Source: Selaginella moellendorffii (Eukaryota; Plantae; Lycopodiophyta). From it: a DNA stretch of 5,793 nt. The position numbers and the translations under genes were made by a program. Shown piece by piece: positions 1-5,793 of this stretch (positions are counted from its first letter, which is position 1; every line of letters begins with the position of its first letter). Below the pieces are notes generated by a model. It searched no databases. It saw only the letters and a program-made list of their open reading frames with translations, and was not told where the DNA came from. The stretch covers positions 1-5,793 of the forward strand of contig NW_003314713.1 in the NCBI RefSeq assembly GCF_000143415.4, written 5' to 3'.

Positions 1-16
1 GTTTCGATTTGATCAG
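1..16 (+). other. 3' end of an upstream TOP2 intron (acceptor GATCAG|GTG)
   Basis: T-rich stretch ending in CAG at 14-16, directly before the TOP2-like frame VFSNIMSAKSEP. The ORF-track start at 17 is GTG (Val), not a real initiator. Confidence 0.85.
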
Positions 17-3000
17 GTGTTCTCTAACATCATGAGTGCGAAGTCTGAGCCAGCTATTAGCTCGTGCAAGTCCAATGAAAATTGGACTAAGGTGACTTTC
101 AAGCCCGACCTCGCCAAGTTCCACATGACGTATCTGGAGGAGGATGTTGTTGCCCTGATGTCCAAACGTGTTTTGGATATTGCGGGCTGTCTTGGCAGGA
201 CTGTTAAGGTGGAGCTGAACGGCCAAAAGCTCCCAGTTAAAACGTTTTCGGATTACGTGGGGCTTTACCTTGCCTCCGCTCAGAAAGGCAAAGAAGAGAC
301 GCTTCCAAGGTTCTTTATATTTCTTTGAGTCCTCACTTGCTAAACTCAGTTTGAATTGCAGGATATATGAGCGTGCAAATGATCGGTGGGAAGTATGCGT
401 GAGTTTAAGCGATGGACAGTTTCAACAGGTAAGACTGTCTTCTTTCTGGTTTGCTGCTTGCTGACGTTGATGTTCACCCAGGTTAGCTTTGTGAACAGCA
501 TCGCCACAATCCGGGGTGGCACGCACGTCCAGCATGTTTCGGAACAGATCGTAAGCCACATACAGGAAATTGTGAACAAGAAGAACAAAAATGCGAACGT
601 GAAGGGTTTCCAAATCAGAAACCATCTTTGGGTCTTTGTCAATTCTCTGATTGACAACCCTGCCTTCGATTCCCAGACGAAGGAAACATTGACTACTCGT
701 CAAACTAGTTTTGGATCGAAGTGCGAGCTGTCCCCAGAGTTTCTGAAGAAAGGTAATATTTGTCTCCGCATAATGCACTTCCTTACTAACGGATATCCAA
801 ACAGTTTCTAAATGCGGGGTAGTTGACAATGTTCTGTCGTGGGCGGACTTTAAGCAGAGTAAGGAGCTAAAGAAGAACGACGGTGCCAAGAGGCAGCGCC
901 TAACTGGAATAGCCAAGCTGGACGATGCAAATGATGCCGGCGGCAAGAACTCCGAAGCATGCACTTTGATCTTGACTGAAGGAGATTCAGCTAAAGCTCT
1001 TGCTGTAAGCTCAGTCTTTGCTCTTTCAGCCTTCTTAACTTTTTGTTGTCTTCAGATGAGTGGCATCAGTGTGGTTGGCCGTAACCACTATGGTGTGTTT
1101 CCTCTCAGGGGAAAGCTTTTAAACGTTCGAGAGGCAACGCACAAGCAAATAATGGATAACGCTGAAATCACCAGCATAAAGCAGATACTGGGGTTGCAGC
1201 AGGGAAAAGGTTATGAAAATACCAAGTCTCTTCGTTACGGTCATTTGATGATTATGACCGACCAGGTACATTGCTTTGTTAGAATCGTTTCCTTTGTTCC
1301 TAGCAGTTGTTGCTCCAGGATCACGACGGGTCACACATCAAAGGTCTTATTATCAATTTCATTCACACGTTTTGGCCATCACTTTTGAAAGTTCCCGGTT
1401 TCTTGGTGGAATTTATCACGCCAATTGTTAAGGTTCGTCTTTTGATGACTAAACTATATCGAATGTTTCTTGCACATGCAGGCAACACATAAGAACGGAA
1501 AGGTACTATCCTTCTATACTATGCCGGAATACGAGTCGTGGAAAGAGTCCCTGAGAGGAGAAACCAAGGGTTGGAGTATCAAGTACTACAAGGTTTGCAC
1601 CCTGTACTATTAGCGAGGCACAAACTAAAGGCTTGTCAACAGGGTCTGGGCACGAGTACAGCAAAGGAAGGCAAGGAGTACTTTCGAGATCTGGTCAAGC
1701 ACAAGAAGGACTTCGCATGGGACAATGATGAAGATGGTGACTCTATAGAGCTAGCATTTAGCAAGAAAAAAACCGAAGCCAGAAAAATATGGCTGCGAGG
1801 GTACCAGGTACGTATTCTTGATGATATAGGAATAATTTATTAACTCTGTGACATGGGAATGCAGCCAGGGACATTTCTGGATCAAACTCAGCGGGTCATC
1901 ACGTACAGCGATTTCATCAATAAGGAATTAATCCTGTTCTCGTTGGCTGATTTGGCAAGGTCTGTCCCGTCTATGGTGGACGGATTGAAGCCCGGACAGC
2001 GCAAGATTCTGTTTGCTGCATTCAAAAGAAATTTTACGTCGCAAGCTAAGGTAAGTTATGATTTAGTTTCAAGATGTAATGCATTCTTTTGCCTTATATT
2101 TGCAGGTAGCGCAATTTTCTGGATATGTCTCCGAGCATTCTGCTTATCACCATGGAGAACAAAGTCTCGCGAGTACTATCATAGGAATGGCTCAGAATTT
2201 CGTCGGTAGCAATAACATCAATATCCTTGCTCCGATTGGACAGTTCGGTACAAGGAGTCAGGTAATCCTATTTTCTCTTGTTTGGCACTGATTGAAAGCA
2301 TGCATATCCAGGGCGGAAAGGACCATGCCAGTGCGCGTTACATCTATACGTCTCTAACTCCGTTAACACGTACTATATTTCCTAAACCAGATGACATTTT
2401 ACTGAATTTTCTGAGAGAGGATGGACAGTCGATCGAGCCCTTCTGGTACGTAGTTCTTTAGACTTTTGAAATATTTTGCTGAGATTTTCTATCAATTGTA
2501 AAGGTATGCACCAATTCTTCCTATGGTGCTTGTCAACGGCTCTGAAGGCATTGGCACTGGGTGGAGCACTTTCGTGCCAAATTACAATCCTCGAGATATC
2601 GTTACCAACCTTAAGCATCTTTTGCGCGATGAGCCGCTGGAGCCAATGGATCCGTGGTACAAGGGGTTTAAGGTCGTCTTCGTCAGCAGAATACCGTGTG
2701 GTGCTTACATTTTTCCTCTTGTGCAGGGGACGATAGTGAAATCGGCAAGCAAAGAATCTGGTGTCAGCTATACAGTGACTGGCATCGTAGAGCAAGTCAA
2801 CGAGACTACTATACGTGTGCTAGAGCTTCCCATTAGAAAGTGGACTCAAGACTATAAGGAGTTTCTTGAAGCGTTGCTTTGTGGCACAGAGAAAATCAAA
2901 GAACCCTCTATTAAGGTGATGCTCTCATTCAACTCCCGCGAGTGTATTTTAACGTCTTGCTTTCAACATTCAGGACTACAGGGAGCATAACACTGATACG

Positions 3001-4639
3001 CGAGTGCACTTTGAAATTTCTTTATCCGAGGAAAAAATGGCTGAAGCTCTTGCAGAGGGTCTCACGAAAAAGTTCAAGCTGAGTACCACTATCAGCACCA
3101 GTAACATGAATCTTTTTGATAAGGACGGGCATATTCGAAAGTATGACACGCCCGAACAAAGTATCCTTTTGGCATGCATGGTTTCTAGCATTTGCTTTTT
3201 CCTTGACATAAGATACAGTTCTTGAAGACTTCTACCATATTCGTTTGGAGTTGTACGTCAAAAGAAAGGTTTTTATATTTTTTAACTTTGTAATCGTGTA
3301 TTGACGAGCTTTTGTAGGAAGTGCAAGTTGAGAATTTGCAATACGAGCTACTGAAGCTTGACAACAAAGTCCGATTTATTCTCGGTGTTGTCAAAGGCGA
3401 AATTGTTGTAAACAACAGGAAGCGAGCCGAGTTACTAGTCGAGCTAAAGACCAAAGGCTTTACTCCGTTCCCTAAGAAGGCAAAAGCTTCGGACTTGCCT
3501 GTTGTCGGTGGTGATGGTTCTGACGTGGAAGCGGATGACGAAGAAAAGCTGAATAAAGGAGTTCGTGCTGGTGATTACGAGTATCTTCTATCTATGCCAA
3601 TTGGCACGCTCACTCTAGAGAAGGTTCAGCAGCTCTGCAACGAGCGTGATAAGCTTGAAGGTGATGTTGAAGAATTGAAGAAATGTACACCGAAGGATCT
3701 CTGGGAGAAGGACTTAGATAACTTCCTCGAACAACTGACGGTATGACGCTATAATCACCTCGTTGCAAACGCTCATCAGTTGCATCCACAGGCTCAAGAG
3801 ATGGAGGAAGAAAAGGAAGACGAGCTTGAACTTAAGCAAATGGCCAAAGAAGGTGCTGCTATATTCAAGCGCGCTGCTGCTGGCCGAAAGCCTGCTGCGA
3901 AGGCAAAAACTGCAGACAAGGAAAATGCCGTGAAGCCTACCAAAAGTAAGTCCGTCATTGAACGCGCGAAATCTAACTTGAAAATATCATCCTGCAGAAG
4001 CGACTGCCTCGACGAAAGCTTCGAATGCTTCCAAGAAGGCAGCTAAACCAGTGGTATGACACGAGAATGCTCTTTTCCTTCTTTAATGTTTTTTGTTATT
4101 GGTAGGAACTGGACAGCGAGGAAGAATACTTCAACACAAGCTTACAGGATCGCCTTGCTGCTTACGCGAAAGGAAAAGGACCGCTAACAGGTAATATGTT
4201 TTGTTTTCTCTTTCCCTGGCAATGCACTTAAACATTCTGTTCCCCAGAGGACAACTCCATGGAGGACGCTGTCAAGGAAGTGTCCCCGCCAACAAAGCAT
4301 AATGCTCCTAAAGCTGCTCCGGTCGCAAAGAAGCGCGCGAATACCAAAGCCTCCAAAGCATCAAAAGCCACTGAAGATGTTGCGGCCCACGACTCCCCTG
4401 ATGCGAAAGTAAGGAAGGTGCGGGCTTCTCCATTCAACAAGAAGAGTGGTTCCGTCATTCCTCAGCTTGCAAAGCTGTCCATCGAGGCAGAGGCCGACTC
4501 CGACGTCGAAGCAGCTCCTCAAGCAAGGCCGAAGAGACGAGCGGCTCGCCCGGCTGTGCACTACATCGAGAGCGACACGGAGGAAGACAAGGCCGCAAGC
4601 GAAGACATCTCCGACTTTGAGGACGAAGGATCAGAGTAA
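17..4639 (+). CDS. TOP2: DNA topoisomerase II (type IIA, eukaryotic/plant), 5'-truncated by the window; join(17..309,362..428,482..752,805..1004,1056..1265,1319..1432,1482..1592,1643..1807,1865..2050,2106..2261,2312..2445,2504..2672,2727..2915,2974..3160,3219..3268,3318..3740,3792..3945,3998..4053,4106..4190,4248..4639)
   Basis: Exons sum to 3612 nt (1203 aa + TAA) with no internal stop after removing 19 GT-AG introns. Motifs in the expected order: WTKVTFKPDLAKF, RWEVCVSLSDGQFQQVSFVNSIAT, NPAFDSQTKE (transducer), KLDDANDAG, LILTEGDSAKALA, PLRGKLLNVREA, IMTDQDHDGSHIKGL (TOPRIM), IKYYKGLGTS, DGLKPGQRK, AYHHGE, GQFGTR, ASARYIYT (catalytic Tyr), VNGSEGIGTGWS. A Lys/Ala/acidic C-terminal domain follows. 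Splice sites for the last four exons (low-complexity tail) rest on GT-AG signals and frame only. Confidence 0.98.
978..1330 (+). other. TOP2: TOPRIM metal-binding motifs of TOP2 (EGDSA 978-992; PLRGK; DQDHDG split by intron 5)
   Basis: Direct translation of exons 4-6 matches the canonical type IIA topoisomerase TOPRIM motifs. Confidence 0.95.
2336..2341 (+). other. TOP2: Active-site Arg-Tyr (CGT TAC) of TOP2; the Tyr forms the 5'-phosphotyrosyl bond
   Basis: Exon 11 (2312-2445, absent from the ORF track) translates GGKDHASARYIYTSL, the canonical active-site context. Confidence 0.95.
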
Positions 4640-4879
4640 AGTCTGGTTCCCCCTCCCCGGTTTTCTCATTCTGCTCGTTTGGTGCTAACGAGTTTGCTGT
4701 ACTGCTCTTTAACTTTCTATGTTAAGGTGGAGGCTCCAGAAGAAAGGTCGTGTCATGGTACTGTGACTCGTATGGATTGTGTAATATCTGCATTGTTTTG
4801 TTCCAGACAATTGTTTCATGTCATTGATCATATAATGTTTTTCACCTTTTTCTTGTGTAAAAGGCTCCTCTACACATCA

Positions 4880-4929
4880 AATTTTTTCTTAAGCTGAATG
4901 GCCTAATTTTTTCTTAAGCTGAAAGGCCT
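4880..4929. repeat. Tandem duplication, 2 x 25 bp: AATTTTTTCTTAAGCTGAA(T/A)GGCCT
   Basis: 4880-4904 and 4905-4929 are identical at 24 of 25 positions. Confidence 0.95.
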
Positions 4930-5121
4930 GAATTTAGAAATGCAGCTCCACAAACTTAAGATACAATCTGTCATTGATATAAAAATAATTACTAAAAGTT
5001 TTTATAAATCCTTATTATTTGCATAGGAAGTAGTTTTTCATGTCCTAATTTACGACATTCAATTCTCAAAAAGAGGATTGGAAACGAAAACCAAGGTACT
5101 ATTCGTTGGCTTTGTTGGGTC

Positions 5122-5181
5122 CTGTAAACATTGGAAAAAGGTGGGAAAAAAGAAACTGAAAATCAAAAACACATTACATAC
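5122..5181 (-). other. Probable 60-nt GT-AG intron at the 3' end of the minus-strand gene
   Basis: The minus strand reads AAG|GTATGTAATGTGTTTTTGATTTTCAGTTTCTTTTTTCCCACCTTTTTCCAATGTTTACAG|G. This has a near-consensus donor, a strongly T-rich body, a YAG|G acceptor, and a length close to the TOP2 intron sizes. Confidence 0.6.
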
Positions 5182-5792
5182 CTTAATCCTAATCGGTAAG
5201 ACTCTACTAAGCTTTCAAGATGCCCCACCTCGAAGTTGAACAAATCCAAGGCACCTGATGGCGGCCAGTAGAAGTCAGACCCTAAAAAGCCGCCATTTGC
5301 CGCAACTTGTTTTGCCTCTCGCAGAGCCCTTACATAGTCCTCGCAGTCTTCGCTGAAATAGTTTTCCGACGGCACAGCAACATCCTCCCCCTCAAGCTTG
5401 TCTGGATCCACGAGAAGATGAAACGGCGTCAAGTGTATCATGACGAACTCTGGCCACTTGTGCACAAGCATCCGCGCGTCCAGCAGCAGCCGCGCATGCA
5501 ACTCCTCATCCTCAACTCTGCCGAACAGATCCATTTCCGCCCACGACGCGAACTGGTCGCAAAGCTCTATAGCCCCCGGGCCAAGAATGGGGTTGGAGGG
5601 CCAAGGATGGCAGATCAAACTCTTTGCGTGCTCGACGAACGTGGGCCATGGAGGATAGCGCTGATAGTAATGGTAGTATTGGCGCTGCTGCTTCACCTCT
5701 TGGCGGATGGCGTCCAGGTCCGGGACACCCGTTAAAGTCCAGTGGCGAAAATTGTTGTAGGTGAGATTGGGCTCTGCATAGCCCTCGAAACT
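5163..5792 (-). CDS. Hypothetical protein of unrecognised family, 5'-truncated by the window edge (at least 209 aa if unspliced; the true C-terminus may be spliced)
   Basis: The frame is open from 5792 (SFEGYAEPNLTYNNFRHWTLTGVPDLDAIRQEVKQQRQYYHYYQRYPPWPTF...) to TGA at 5165-5163. The ORF-track start at 5696 is an internal GTG. The region is GC-rich relative to the spacer (37/60 G+C in 5461-5520) and the composition looks globular. Confidence 0.75.
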   Translation of the reverse strand, partial: SFEGYAEPNLTYNNFRHWTLTGVPDLDAIRQEVKQQRQYYHYYQRYPPWPTFVEHAKSLICHPWPSNPILGPGAIELCDQFASWAEMDLFGRVEDEELHARLLLDARMLVHKWPEFVMIHLTPFHLLVDPDKLEGEDVAVPSENYFSEDCEDYVRALREAKQVAANGGFLGSDFYWPPSGALDLFNFEVGHLESLVESYRLGLRYVMCF

Positions 5793-5793
5793 C

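Larger units (their letters stand above)
310..4247 (+). other. 19 spliceosomal GT-AG introns: 310-361, 429-481, 753-804, 1005-1055, 1266-1318, 1433-1481, 1593-1642, 1808-1864, 2051-2105, 2262-2311, 2446-2503, 2673-2726, 2916-2973, 3161-3218, 3269-3317, 3741-3791, 3946-3997, 4054-4105, 4191-4247
   Basis: Each begins GT and ends AG, most are T-rich, and lengths are 49-58 nt. Removal restores conserved motifs split across junctions (FQQ|VSF, MTDQ|DHDG, YYK|GLGTS, TRSQ|GGKD, EPFW|YAP). Branch-like motifs are present, e.g. TACTAAC 784-790, GCTGAC in intron 2, TCTAAC in intron 17. Confidence 0.93.

Noticed and set aside
530-535. C-to-U RNA editing restoring Tyr (CAT->TAT) in the HVQHV motif
   Set aside because: Plant C-to-U editing is organellar and this is a spliceosomal nuclear gene. 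The neighbouring Gln could not be corrected this way.
346-964. Minus-strand ORFs 422..964 (180 aa) and 346..657, plus other antisense ORFs at 1119, 2382, 2976, 3185, 4228 and 4361
   Set aside because: Antisense shadows of TOP2 exons. They cross introns and have no recognisable motifs.
17-4639. Many short plus-strand ORFs read as an operon, a split gyrase-like gene pair, or a frameshifted pseudogene
   Set aside because: Every break coincides with a 49-58 nt GT-AG intron, and splicing gives one intact frame.
17-4639. Viral (NCLDV) or bacterial origin of the topoisomerase
   Set aside because: Dense spliceosomal introns, land-plant-like sequence and a plant-type C-terminal tail indicate an ordinary nuclear TOP2.
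4679-4897. 72-aa ORF in the 3' flank of TOP2
   Set aside because: Non-ATG start and T-rich UTR-like composition (F/L/C biased), with no coding signal.
4880-4929. 25-bp repeat as a CRISPR array
   Set aside because: Only two abutting copies, no spacer, no cas genes, and a eukaryotic context.
4819-4978. 10-bp direct repeat TGTCATTGAT (4819-4828 and 4969-4978) as a target-site duplication of a MITE/MULE
   Set aside because: The enclosed 140 bp has no terminal inverted repeats or poly(A) tail. It is plausibly chance in AT-rich DNA.
5307-5735. Plus-strand ORFs 5307..5735 (142 aa) and 5440..5658
   Set aside because: Antisense to the longer minus-strand frame, which stays open to the window edge. 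They are expected shadows in GC-rich coding DNA.

Overview
Eukaryotic nuclear DNA, not prokaryotic. Positions 17-4639 (+) hold the 3' part of a plant-type DNA topoisomerase II (TOP2) gene, roughly the last 85% of it. Manual splicing gives 20 coding exons and 19 complete GT-AG introns, all 49-58 nt. The result is one uninterrupted frame of 1203 aa plus TAA, with all type IIA catalytic motifs intact. The N-terminal part of the ATPase domain lies upstream of the window. A land-plant-like protein combined with uniformly tiny introns suggests a compact plant genome such as the lycophyte Selaginella (inference). An AT-rich spacer with a 25-bp tandem duplication follows. A convergent minus-strand gene of unrecognised family then runs in from the right edge, probably with a 60-nt terminal intron that the ORF track misses. 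I found no CRISPR array, mobile element, RNA gene or clearly novel system. The unknown minus-strand gene is the best lead.
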